Origin: Acidimicrobiales bacterium
Lineage (GTDB): Bacteria > Actinomycetota > Acidimicrobiia > Acidimicrobiales > SZUA-35
Length of the DNA stretch: 64,000 bases
Direction: 5' to 3'
NCBI GenBank assembly: GCA_047971245.1
Contig: JBKDZN010000219.1
Location: 3,616 to 67,615, forward strand
In this document: positions 55,673 through 63,999 of the stretch, one piece after another
Position numbering within the stretch: position 1 is the stretch's first letter
How the letters are laid out: the number at the start of each line of letters is the position of its first letter
Made by a program: the position numbers and the translations under genes
Notes under the pieces: model-generated
What the model saw: only the letters and a program-made list of their open reading frames with translations
Databases searched by the model: none
Told to the model about the DNA's origin: nothing

Positions 55673-56767
55673 GAGGTCGAGGCCGACATAGGGGCGGTAC
55701 GGCGAGGCACCACCCCAGGTGAAGGACTCGAAGGCGTAGTGGAGCAGGCCGAGGAAGCCGACCACGCCCAGGGACACCGGGTTGGCCACGGTGGTGTCGA
55801 ACCACCGGTCCAGACCGGCGTTGACCCAACCGTCGGCGGCCCGCTCCAGGACCGCGGAGAGGCCGACGGCGACCACCGGCAACAGCAGGACCGTCCCGAA
55901 CGGGAACCGGTCGAAGGGCCGGTGGAACCAGGACGACATCCCGGCCCGGGCCCGGTTGACGTCATGGTTCAGGTAGAAGGCGAAGGCGGTGGTGTCGTGG
56001 GCGAATCGGGGCAGCAGGATGGCCACGAACGGGTAGCCGAGCAGCCACAGGGCTCCGCCGAGGGCCATCACCGCCCCGTTGGCCACCACCCAGCGCCGGC
56101 CCACCGGATGGCTCACCCCCCGCAGCAGCCGCACGGTCAGGATGACGACGGCCACGCTGACCACGCCCACCACCACCTCGGTGGCCCGTCGCCAGCCACC
56201 GTCGATCACCCGGGGAAGGTAGATGGCGTTGTAGTAGAGGATCCCCGAGCCGATGCCGAGCCACAGCCAGGCCTGGAACGTCCACCCCGAGAGCCGGGCG
56301 GTGATGTTGCCGATACCGACCTGCTGTTTGGCCACATGGATGACGGTCCACGCGGCGATGAGGGCGAAGACCAGGTCACGGGGCGCCAGCAGCCCCACGG
56401 TGAGGAAGAAGGCACCGATGGCCGCCGAGATGACGAGCAGTCGACGGCGGTAGCGGCGCAGGTACTCCGGTGTGCTGAACAGGATGATGTTGGACGCCAC
56501 GATATGGGGGGTGCCGAACACCAGAGCGAGCAGCAGGTACCCCTGGGGGGATCGGGGGAGCCGGTCCCGCCAGAGCCCGTCGAACACCAACAGATCCACC
56601 GCCACCGCCACCAGGGCCACGGGGACCAGGAGGTAGATGAGGGAGAGGCGACGCAGCGAGAGCCGCGCCGGTGCGACGTCGTTCGGCGCCGGAGCGACCG
56701 GGGGCCGGACGGCGGCCGGGTGGGTTTGGAACCGTGTCGTCACCGCCGCGAACGTAGCCGCTCCCAT
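55667..56767 (-). CDS. polytopic membrane protein of unknown function (about 9 TM, conserved-looking His residues)
   Basis: ATG 56767, 26 nt after the menF stop on the same strand. His-containing segments: GTPHIVAS, WTVIHVAKQQ, RFAHDTTAFAFYLNHD, LLHYAFESF. I recognise no family. Confidence 0.6.
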   Translation of the reverse strand: MGAATFAAVTTRFQTHPAAVRPPVAPAPNDVAPARLSLRRLSLIYLLVPVALVAVAVDLLVFDGLWRDRLPRSPQGYLLLALVFGTPHIVASNIILFSTPEYLRRYRRRLLVISAAIGAFFLTVGLLAPRDLVFALIAAWTVIHVAKQQVGIGNITARLSGWTFQAWLWLGIGSGILYYNAIYLPRVIDGGWRRATEVVVGVVSVAVVILTVRLLRGVSHPVGRRWVVANGAVMALGGALWLLGYPFVAILLPRFAHDTTAFAFYLNHDVNRARAGMSSWFHRPFDRFPFGTVLLLPVVAVGLSAVLERAADGWVNAGLDRWFDTTVANPVSLGVVGFLGLLHYAFESFTWGGASPYRPYVGLDLD

Positions 56768-56793
56768 CCACGCTGACCGGTCGGAGCCAACGG

Positions 56794-58074
56794 TCACGGC
56801 CGGATCAGGGCGCCGAGCATGGCCCGGAACTTGGCCCGGGTCTCCTCCAACTCGGCCGCCGGATCGGAGTCGGCCACCACACCAACCCCGGCGAACAGGC
56901 GGGCGCCGCCCCCGTCGAGCTCGGCCGAACGGATCCCCACCGCGAAACTGCCGTTGCCCGCGGCGTCGACCCAACCCACCGGACCGGCGTAGCGGCCCCG
57001 GTCGGCCTTCTCCAGCTCGGCCATCAGGGCCAGGGCCTCGGCCTGGGGCTCCCCGCCCACCGCCGGGGTGGGGTGCAGGGCCGCCACCAGTTCGAGCACC
57101 GAGGCGGCCGGCCACGACAGGCGACCCTCCACCCGGGTGCCGAGATGATGCACATTGGCCAGCGAGACGATGGTGGGCTCCGGCTCCGCGTCGACATAGG
57201 AACAGAACGGCAGGAGGCCATCCAACAACCAGTCGATGGTGATGCGGTGCTCCCACCGGTCCTTGGTCGAGGCGAGCAGGCCGGCGGCCAGGTGGGCGTC
57301 GATGGCGGGATCGGCCCCCCGGGGGGCGGTGCCGGCCAGGGGGTGGGCCCGGACGACATCACCGTGGCGGGACACCAGCAGTTCGGGTGAGGCGCCCACG
57401 AACCCGTCGATCAGGAACACGATGGCCGAGCCGAACGTGGCCCGGAGGTGGCCCACCACCGCCGCCGGGTCGGCGGGCGCATCGGTGGCGAGGCGGAGCT
57501 CCCGGGCCAGCACCACCTTGGCCAGCCGGCCCGACCGGATCTCGCCCACGGCCCGGCCGACCACATCGTCCCGCCACCGCTCGGGGGCCAACACCGCGGC
57601 GAGGGGGAAGGTGGTGGCCTGGGGCGGTGTGGCGCCGATCGCCGGGTCGGGCCCGATCATCCGCTGGAGGCGGTCGAGCACGGCCGCCCCACCGGGTGCC
57701 GGTCCGGAACCGTCGTCGATGGCCGTGACCCAGCGGCGGCCGTCGGCCCCGGGGCCGACGGCGAGCTCGGGCACGATCAGCTCCCCGGACCGTTCGCGGT
57801 CGAACGGGATGGCGGCGAAGGCCACCGGTCCGGGGCCAGGGCCGGCCGGAACCGACGTCAGGTCGTCATCCGCGGGAGCGGCCAGGGCGGTCAGGGCCGC
57901 CTGGGCGGCCGCGGCCCCATCGGGCCGGATCACGGGGATCCGGGCCGCTTCCCCCACCCCGGCCAGCAGCGGGACCGGATCGTCGTGGCCGGGCCGTGAC
58001 CACAGCAGGCCGGTACGGCTACCGATGGCCAACGGGTCGACGTCACGGTCGAGGCGGACGGTTGTGGCGCGCAC
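56794..58074 (-). CDS. menF: isochorismate synthase
   Basis: Chorismate-binding C-terminus (LHPTPAVGG, DRGRYAGPVGW, IRSA, AGVGVVADSDP) in men context. GTG start. Confidence 0.85.
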   Translation of the reverse strand: MRATTVRLDRDVDPLAIGSRTGLLWSRPGHDDPVPLLAGVGEAARIPVIRPDGAAAAQAALTALAAPADDDLTSVPAGPGPGPVAFAAIPFDRERSGELIVPELAVGPGADGRRWVTAIDDGSGPAPGGAAVLDRLQRMIGPDPAIGATPPQATTFPLAAVLAPERWRDDVVGRAVGEIRSGRLAKVVLARELRLATDAPADPAAVVGHLRATFGSAIVFLIDGFVGASPELLVSRHGDVVRAHPLAGTAPRGADPAIDAHLAAGLLASTKDRWEHRITIDWLLDGLLPFCSYVDAEPEPTIVSLANVHHLGTRVEGRLSWPAASVLELVAALHPTPAVGGEPQAEALALMAELEKADRGRYAGPVGWVDAAGNGSFAVGIRSAELDGGGARLFAGVGVVADSDPAAELEETRAKFRAMLGALIRP

Positions 58075-58164
58075 CCCATCAGGCTACGGGCCCGCGGCCG
58101 GCACGTCGGCCCCCGGCATCATCGCTTCGGGGCCCCGGCCGACCGAGCACCGGCTGCGGCGGCC

Positions 58165-58191
58165 GGGACGGTACGGCTAGGTTGTGGCCCG
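58165..58191 (+). promoter_or_regulatory. second copy of the promoter-like box GGGACGGTAC-GGCTAGGTTGTGGCCC
   Basis: Near-identical to 52807-52830. TAGGTT ends 8 nt before ATG 58192. Confidence 0.45.
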
Positions 58192-58224
58192 ATGTCGGCC
58201 CGGGCCGACCCGACCGGACCCTGA
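58192..58224 (+). CDS. putative leaderless 10-codon upstream ORF (MSARADPTGP)
   Basis: The ATG sits where menD starts relative to the shared box. Its TGA directly abuts the AGGAG SD of the downstream cyclase gene. Confidence 0.3.
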   Translation: MSARADPTGP

Positions 58225-58233
58225 AGGAGTCAC

Positions 58234-59004
58234 ATGTCCGACCTTGCTGCCGTCCTCACCGGCCTGGCCCGGGGCTCGATCCGGGTGGTCGACCTCACCT
58301 CGCCCCTCACCGCCGACACCCCGATCCTCCAGCTCCCGGAGGAGTTCGGCCAGACCGCCCACTTCGAACTGGAGGAGATCAGCAACTACGACGACCGCGG
58401 GCCGGCCTGGTACTGGAACAACTTCCGCACCGGGGAGCACACCGGCACCCACTTCGACGCCCCCATCCATTGGGTCACGGGGCCCAAGCAGGATGTAGCC
58501 TCGGTCCCGGCCGAGCGGCTGGTCGGCCCGGCCGTGGTCATCGACGTCACCGACCGGGTGGCCACCGACCCCGACCATCTGGTCGAGGTGGCCGACCTGG
58601 AAGCGTTCCAGGCGGAGCACGGGCCGTTCCCCGCCGGCGGCTGGTTGCTGCTGCACACCGGTTGGAGCGTTCACGGCCACAGTCAGGAGACCTTCGTCAA
58701 CGCCGACGAGAACGGGCCCCACACCCCGGGCCTCTCGGCCGACGCCGCCCGCTGGCTGGCCGAGGAGTCGCCGATCATCGGCCTGGGGGTGGAGACGGTG
58801 GGTACCGACGCCGGCGCGGCGGGCACGTTCGATCCGATGTACCCGTGCCACGCCCTGATGCACGGGGCCGGGAAGTACGGCCTGACCCAGCTCACCAACC
58901 TCGACCAGCTCCCCCCGACCGGGGCCATGCTGGTGGCCGCCCCGCTGAAGATCGTCGGCGGTTCGGGCAGCCCGGTCCGGGTCCTGGCCTTCGTGGACGG
59001 TTGA
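58234..59004 (+). CDS. cyclase family protein (kynurenine formamidase-like)
   Basis: GEHTGTHFDAPIHW (HxGTHxDxPxH) motif. AGGAG SD upstream. Confidence 0.8.
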   Translation: MSDLAAVLTGLARGSIRVVDLTSPLTADTPILQLPEEFGQTAHFELEEISNYDDRGPAWYWNNFRTGEHTGTHFDAPIHWVTGPKQDVASVPAERLVGPAVVIDVTDRVATDPDHLVEVADLEAFQAEHGPFPAGGWLLLHTGWSVHGHSQETFVNADENGPHTPGLSADAARWLAEESPIIGLGVETVGTDAGAAGTFDPMYPCHALMHGAGKYGLTQLTNLDQLPPTGAMLVAAPLKIVGGSGSPVRVLAFVDG

Positions 59005-59008
59005 GCCG

Positions 59009-60799
59009 GTGACGGCAACGCCCGAGCCACCGGCAGGTCCCGCGGTCCCGGCCGACCCCGGCCGCCCCACCGGTCCGGTCGGCCCGATCGGGCCGGTGTT
59101 GGATCCACCCCTGGCCGATGACCTGACCCTGGTCGAGGCGGTGGCCGCCGCCCTGGCGGCGTCCGGCGTCGAGCAGGCGTTCGGGGTGGTCGGCTCGGGC
59201 AACTTCCATCTCACCAACGCCCTGCGCGACTGCGGGGTGCGGTTCGTCGCCGCCCGTCACGAGATGGGCGCGGCGGTGATGGCCGACGCCTACACCCGCC
59301 TGACCCGCACTCCGTCGGTGGTCACCCTCCATCAGGGCTGCGGGCTCACCAATGCCCTGACCGGGATCACCGAGGCGGCGAAATCGGGCAGCCCGATGAT
59401 CGTAGTGACCGCCGAGGCCACCAACCCCCACTCCAACTTCTTCGTCGATCAGATGGCCATGGCCGGGGCCGCGGGTGCCGCTGCGGTCCGCATCGACGAT
59501 CCGGCCACCGCGGTGGCCGACGCCGCGGTGGCCGTGGCCCGGGCGGTGGATGAGCGCCGCACCGTGGTGATCAACCTCCCGCTCGACGCCCAGACGGCGA
59601 TCGTCCCGCTCGATGCCCGCACCGCGCCCGCGGTACCCCGACCCGAGCCGGTGGTCCCGGCGGCCGACGAGGTCGACGCCCTGGCCGATCTGGTCCGGTC
59701 GGCCGACCGTCCGGTGTTCGTGGCCGGGCGAGGCTGCCGGGCGCCCGGCGCCGGCGACGCGGTGGCCCGAGCGGCCGAGGCCGCCGGAGCCCTGCTCGCC
59801 ACCTCGGCGGTGGCCAACGGGCTGTACGCCGACCACCCGTGGAACCTGGGTATCTCCGGCGGATTCGCCTCCCCGGCGGCCGCCCGGCTGATCGGCGACG
59901 CCGACCTGGTGGTGGGCTGGGGCTGCGCCCTGAACATGTGGACCACCCGTCACGGGGCCCTGGTGGCCGGAGCGCAGGTGGTCCAGGTCGACGACCGGGC
60001 CGGCGCCCTCGGCGCCCAACGCCGCATCGACCTGGGTGTGGTGGGTGACGTGACCCTCACCGCGGCGGCCCTCGCCGCCGCGCTGGATGCCGGCCCCCGC
60101 TCGGGCGCGGGCTACCGGCAGACCGCCACCGCCGCCGTCTTGGCCGCCGGGATCGGCTGGGCCGATCAGCCGTCCGGCGAGACCCGGGCCGGACCGTCCG
60201 CCGGGGCCGACCGGGCCGACCGTATCGACCCCGCCGTGTTGTCGCGGGCGTTGGACGACCGGCTGCCCGCGGCGCGCGTGGTGGCCGTGGACTCCGGCAA
60301 CTTCATGGGCCACCCCACCGCCTACCTCCGCGTCCCCGATCTCGACGGCTACTGCCTGACCCAGGGTTTCCAGTCGATCGGCCTCGGGTTGTCGACCGCC
60401 ATCGGGTGCGCGGTGGCCCGACCGGACCGGTTGACGGTGGCGGCCCTGGGCGACGGCGGGTTCCTGATGGGTGTGGCCGAACTGGAGACGGTACGCCGGC
60501 TCGGCCTGGCCATGGTGATCGTGATCTACGACGACGACGCCTACGGCGCCGAGGTCCACCATTTCGGGCCCGACCGGCACGACCTCTCCACGGTGACGTT
60601 CCCCGAGACCGATCTCGCCGCCGTGGCCCGCGGTTTCGGTCTGGAGGGGGTCACGGTCCGCCGGGTGGAAGATCTGAGCCCACTCGACGCCTGGCTGGCC
60701 GCCCGGCGCGACGGCCGCGCCCGGCCCGCGATGGTCATCGACGCCAAGGTCACCCGCGCCGCCTCCTGGTGGTTGGAGGAGGCGTTCCGCGGTCACTGA
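59009..60799 (+). CDS. thiamine diphosphate-dependent enzyme (acetolactate synthase large subunit-like)
   Basis: 596 aa. N-terminal Pyr domain (FGVVGSGNFHL..ARHEMGAAVMADAY). C-terminal TPP motif GDGGFLM..YDDDAYG. Confidence 0.8.
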   Translation: MTATPEPPAGPAVPADPGRPTGPVGPIGPVLDPPLADDLTLVEAVAAALAASGVEQAFGVVGSGNFHLTNALRDCGVRFVAARHEMGAAVMADAYTRLTRTPSVVTLHQGCGLTNALTGITEAAKSGSPMIVVTAEATNPHSNFFVDQMAMAGAAGAAAVRIDDPATAVADAAVAVARAVDERRTVVINLPLDAQTAIVPLDARTAPAVPRPEPVVPAADEVDALADLVRSADRPVFVAGRGCRAPGAGDAVARAAEAAGALLATSAVANGLYADHPWNLGISGGFASPAAARLIGDADLVVGWGCALNMWTTRHGALVAGAQVVQVDDRAGALGAQRRIDLGVVGDVTLTAAALAAALDAGPRSGAGYRQTATAAVLAAGIGWADQPSGETRAGPSAGADRADRIDPAVLSRALDDRLPAARVVAVDSGNFMGHPTAYLRVPDLDGYCLTQGFQSIGLGLSTAIGCAVARPDRLTVAALGDGGFLMGVAELETVRRLGLAMVIVIYDDDAYGAEVHHFGPDRHDLSTVTFPETDLAAVARGFGLEGVTVRRVEDLSPLDAWLAARRDGRARPAMVIDAKVTRAASWWLEEAFRGH

Positions 60800-60867
60800 C
60801 CGCGGCCGGGTCCGAATCCGGGCCCGTCGGCGCCGGGGCGGGTGCCGGGGCCCGTAGCCTCGGCGAC

Positions 60868-61329
60868 GTGGAGCAGCGTTACCGTGTCCAACTCGCCGCC
60901 GGGTCGGGTCCGGTCTTCGACCTCGTGTCCGATCTGGCCACGTACCCCCGGTGGCTGGACATCGTGGAGCGGGCGGACCCGGCCGCCGCCCTCGACGACG
61001 ACCCCGGGCCGGCGTGGACGGTGACCCTCCGGGCCCGGGTCGGGGTGTTCTCCCGCTCCAAACGGCTTCGGATGGTCCGATCATCGGCCACGCCCGCCAC
61101 CGACGGCACCGAGCGGGTGGCCCGGTTCGAACGACGGGAGGACGACGGCCGGGACCACTCGGCCTGGACCCTGGAGGCCGCGGTGACCCCGGCTGGTAGT
61201 GGCAGCACCCTGACCATGGGCTTGGCCTACGACGGCCGGCTGTGGACCTCGATGCTGGAACCGGTCCTCCACGCCCAGGTCAACCGGGCCGGCCGGGGGC
61301 TCGACGAGTTGGCCGCCGGACGATCCTGA
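60868..61329 (+). CDS. SRPBCC (START/polyketide cyclase-like) family protein
   Basis: 153 aa with VFDLVSDLATYPRWLDIV. TAGCCT lies 7 nt before the GTG (leaderless-type). Confidence 0.6.
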   Translation: MEQRYRVQLAAGSGPVFDLVSDLATYPRWLDIVERADPAAALDDDPGPAWTVTLRARVGVFSRSKRLRMVRSSATPATDGTERVARFERREDDGRDHSAWTLEAAVTPAGSGSTLTMGLAYDGRLWTSMLEPVLHAQVNRAGRGLDELAAGRS

Positions 61330-61369
61330 AGCCAAGGTCGGCCCCGGCCCTCGGCCTCAGCCGGGCGGG

Positions 61370-61774
61370 TCAGCCCGGGTGGATCTCGAAACGGTCGGGG
61401 TAGAAGGCGACATACCCGGCGATGGGGGCCAGGTCGGCCAGCGGGTCAGGGTAGTACCAGACCGCGTTGTCCAACTCGGCCACGCTCCGGTCGGCGTTGG
61501 TCGGACCGGACCGGGCACCCAACTCGACCCGGTAGTAGCTGGCCCGGCCCTTGATCGGGCAGCTGGTGTGGTGGTCGGTGGCGTGCAGGCCGGCCCCGGT
61601 CACCGCGTCGGGCGGGAAGTACACCACCGGGGGGAGGACGCGGTCACCGTAGACCTCGTGCAGGAGGACGGCCCGGTCGGAACGGGCGATCTCGTGGCCC
61701 TGGTAGTCGACGACCCAGGTGGTGTCGGACGGTTCGAGCCAGGCGGTGTGGGTCGGATCGCTCATGCGACCCAT
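61370..61774 (-). CDS. DUF427 domain protein
   Basis: VVYFPPDAV..TSCPIKGRASYY motif. Start is ATG 61774 or 61765. Confidence 0.7.
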   Translation of the reverse strand: MGRMSDPTHTAWLEPSDTTWVVDYQGHEIARSDRAVLLHEVYGDRVLPPVVYFPPDAVTGAGLHATDHHTSCPIKGRASYYRVELGARSGPTNADRSVAELDNAVWYYPDPLADLAPIAGYVAFYPDRFEIHPG

Positions 61775-61777
61775 TGT

Positions 61778-61824
61778 GACCCGCCGAGGGGAGGCGCGGG
61801 TAGTGCGCCTCCCCTCGGCGGGTC
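61778..61824 (-). terminator. perfect 20-bp-stem GC-rich hairpin downstream of bioY
   Basis: GACCCGCCGAGGGGAGGCGC-gggtagt-GCGCCTCCCCTCGGCGGGTC. Lies 9 nt after the bioY stop and 3 nt before the DUF427 ATG. No U-tract. Confidence 0.55.
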
Positions 61825-61833
61825 AGAGGCTCC

Positions 61834-62457
61834 TCAGCGCAGCCGGTCGACGAGCCGCCAGGTGCCCGGGAGCAGCAGGGCGACGGCCAGGGCCTTGAGG
61901 GCGTCCCCGACCAGGAACGGGTAGGCGCCGAGCTCGAGCCCGGTGGCCAGATCGACGTCCAGGCTGGCCATCAGCCACGGGACCCCGACCGCGTACACGA
62001 TCAGGGAGCCGAGGGCGGCGGTGGCCGCAGTGGCGAGCACGGAACGGTCGGCGCGACGGCGGGCCAACGCACCCACCACGACCGCGGCGGGGACATAGCC
62101 CAGGATGTAGCCGAACGAGGCGAAGGCCCAGCCCGACGCCTGGTCGGCGAAGATCGGAGCCCCGAGCGCCCCGACCGCGAGGTAGAGCAGGGTTGCGGAT
62201 CCGGCCCGGACCGGACCGAGGGTGGCCCCGGTCAGCAGCACCGCGAAGGTGGCCAGCGACAACGGGACCGGGGTGAACCACAGGGGGATGGCGATCTGCC
62301 CGGCCACGATGAGTAGCACCGTGGAGGTCAGCACGAGGCCCAGATCACGGACCCGGTGTCCGGGCACGAGGTCGGCCAGGACCGGCTGGGAGGCGACCGG
62401 TACCCCCGGCCCGCCGACCGTCGCGGCAATGGGGTTGACCCCCGTGTTCCTCTTCAT
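61834..62457 (-). CDS. bioY: biotin transporter BioY
   Basis: About 6 TM helices, with TPVPLSLATFAVLL and GYILGY motifs. AGGAGG lies 6 nt before ATG 62457. Confidence 0.8.
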   Translation of the reverse strand: MKRNTGVNPIAATVGGPGVPVASQPVLADLVPGHRVRDLGLVLTSTVLLIVAGQIAIPLWFTPVPLSLATFAVLLTGATLGPVRAGSATLLYLAVGALGAPIFADQASGWAFASFGYILGYVPAAVVVGALARRRADRSVLATAATAALGSLIVYAVGVPWLMASLDVDLATGLELGAYPFLVGDALKALAVALLLPGTWRLVDRLR

Positions 62458-62533
62458 CGTCATCCTCCTGATCACCGGCGAGCGACCGGCGTGGTCGGTG
62501 TCGTACCCGGATCCCGCAGGATCACGGCCACAT

Positions 62534-62560
62534 TGAACAGCGTTCATTGAACGCCGTTCA
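62534..62560. promoter_or_regulatory. two adjacent TGAAC-N3-GTTCA palindromes (BioQ-type operators)
   Basis: TGAACAGCGTTCA (62534-62546) and TGAACGCCGTTCA (62548-62560), between divergent bioY and the TetR gene. Confidence 0.7.
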
Positions 62561-62580
62561 CCACCTGATGTTCAAGTACT

Positions 62581-63201
62581 GTGACCACTGGCATGGGCCG
62601 ACAGGGAGCGAGGAGCGAGCGGATCAACCGGAGCGATGTGGTCGCGGCCGCCCGGTCGCGGTTGGAGGCCGGCGGTCTCCACGCCCTGGCCATGCGTCGT
62701 ATCGCCGATGATCTCGGGGTTCAGCAGAGTGCCCTCTACTGGCACTTCGAGAACAAGCAGGCCCTACTGGCCGCCCTGGCCGACGAGATCCTGGCCGGGG
62801 TGGCCACCCCCGACGAACCGGCCTGGGACCGCCACGTCGCCGCCCTCGCCCTCGGCCTGCGGGATCAGCTGCTCCGCTACCCGGACGGGGCCGAGCTCGT
62901 CGCCACCGCCTTCGCCTTCCGGCTCGGCGCCCGGCGACCGTTCACCCGGTTCGCCGAGGCGTTGACCGATGCCGGCCTCGCCCCCGACGAAGCGGAGACC
63001 GCCGCCTCGGTACTGCTCCATTTCGTGCTCGGGTTCACCACCAACGAGCAGCAACATCGGCAGGCGGCCGAACTCGGCGCTATCGACGACGAGGCCACCG
63101 ATCCCCACCCGGTGGGCCGCCAGTTCACCCGTGAACGGTTCGAGCACGGGGTCGAGCTGATCCTGGCCGGGATCAGGACCCGGCCCGGACTCGACCGGTA
63201 G
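62581..63201 (+). CDS. bioQ: TetR family transcriptional regulator, BioQ-like
   Basis: TetR HTH ([28 protein letters not shown]). Divergent from bioY, with BioQ-type operators between them. Start is GTG 62581 or ATG 62593. Confidence 0.65.
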   Translation: MTTGMGRQGARSERINRSDVVAAARSRLEAGGLHALAMRRIADDLGVQQSALYWHFENKQALLAALADEILAGVATPDEPAWDRHVAALALGLRDQLLRYPDGAELVATAFAFRLGARRPFTRFAEALTDAGLAPDEAETAASVLLHFVLGFTTNEQQHRQAAELGAIDDEATDPHPVGRQFTRERFEHGVELILAGIRTRPGLDR

Positions 63202-63210
63202 GCGGGCGGC

Positions 63211-63999
63211 TCAACCGATGGGCGGCAGGGGGGTGACCCAACGGGCCGACAGGGGGTGGCCCCCGGCCACGATGGCCTCGAGCGCGGTGATGAGTCGGCG
63301 GGCGACCGGCCCCGGGGCATCGAGGATCCGGCTGTCCAGTCGGGCCAGCGGTCGCACGAACCGGGTGGTGGAGACCAGCATCAGTTCGGGCGCCGTGGCC
63401 ACCTCGGCCATGGCGACGTCACGCACCTCCACCGGGATCCCGCAGTGCTGGGCGGTCTCGAGCACGAGGCGCCGGGTGATCCCGTCGAGCACGATGTCGA
63501 GCGGTGGGGCCACCACCCGGCCGTCAATGACGGTCAGCAGGCTCTGGGTCGTCGACTCGGCCAACGACTCGTCGGTGGCGGCGAAGATCACCTCGTCGTA
63601 CCCGGCCTTTCGGGCCGCCAGCTGCTGACGGACCGCAGCGGCGTAGCCGGCGGCCACCTTCAACGACGGCGGCAGGATCGAGGCCGGGATCTTCGGCATG
63701 TGGGCCGTCGTCGCCGTCACCGACGGGCCGGTCACCACCGCATCGTCGGCGTCGAGCGCGATCACGGTGATGGTCGGGGTCAACATCGTGGGGACCGGCC
63801 CGGGCGGGATCTCGTCCCAGGTGGCCACCAGCTTGACCAGCCCGGCACCGGGGTTGGCGTGGACCACCGCGGCCACCGCCAATTCGAGCGTGGCCACGTC
63901 GACCGCCGGTTCCATGCCCATCAGCTCCATGGACTGTTCGAACCGGGACACGTGGGGCCGCAGGCCGACCGCGGCGGGCCCCTCGTCGAGACTGATCAC
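63211..63999 (-). CDS. class IV aminotransferase (branched-chain aa aminotransferase / aminodeoxychorismate lyase-like), 5'-truncated by the window edge
   Basis: SLKVAAGYAA, ESTTQSLLTV and GITRRLV motifs. The ORF runs off the end of the window. Confidence 0.65.
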   Translation of the reverse strand: MISLDEGPAAVGLRPHVSRFEQSMELMGMEPAVDVATLELAVAAVVHANPGAGLVKLVATWDEIPPGPVPTMLTPTITVIALDADDAVVTGPSVTATTAHMPKIPASILPPSLKVAAGYAAAVRQQLAARKAGYDEVIFAATDESLAESTTQSLLTVIDGRVVAPPLDIVLDGITRRLVLETAQHCGIPVEVRDVAMAEVATAPELMLVSTTRFVRPLARLDSRILDAPGPVARRLITALEAIVAGGHPLSARWVTPLPPIG

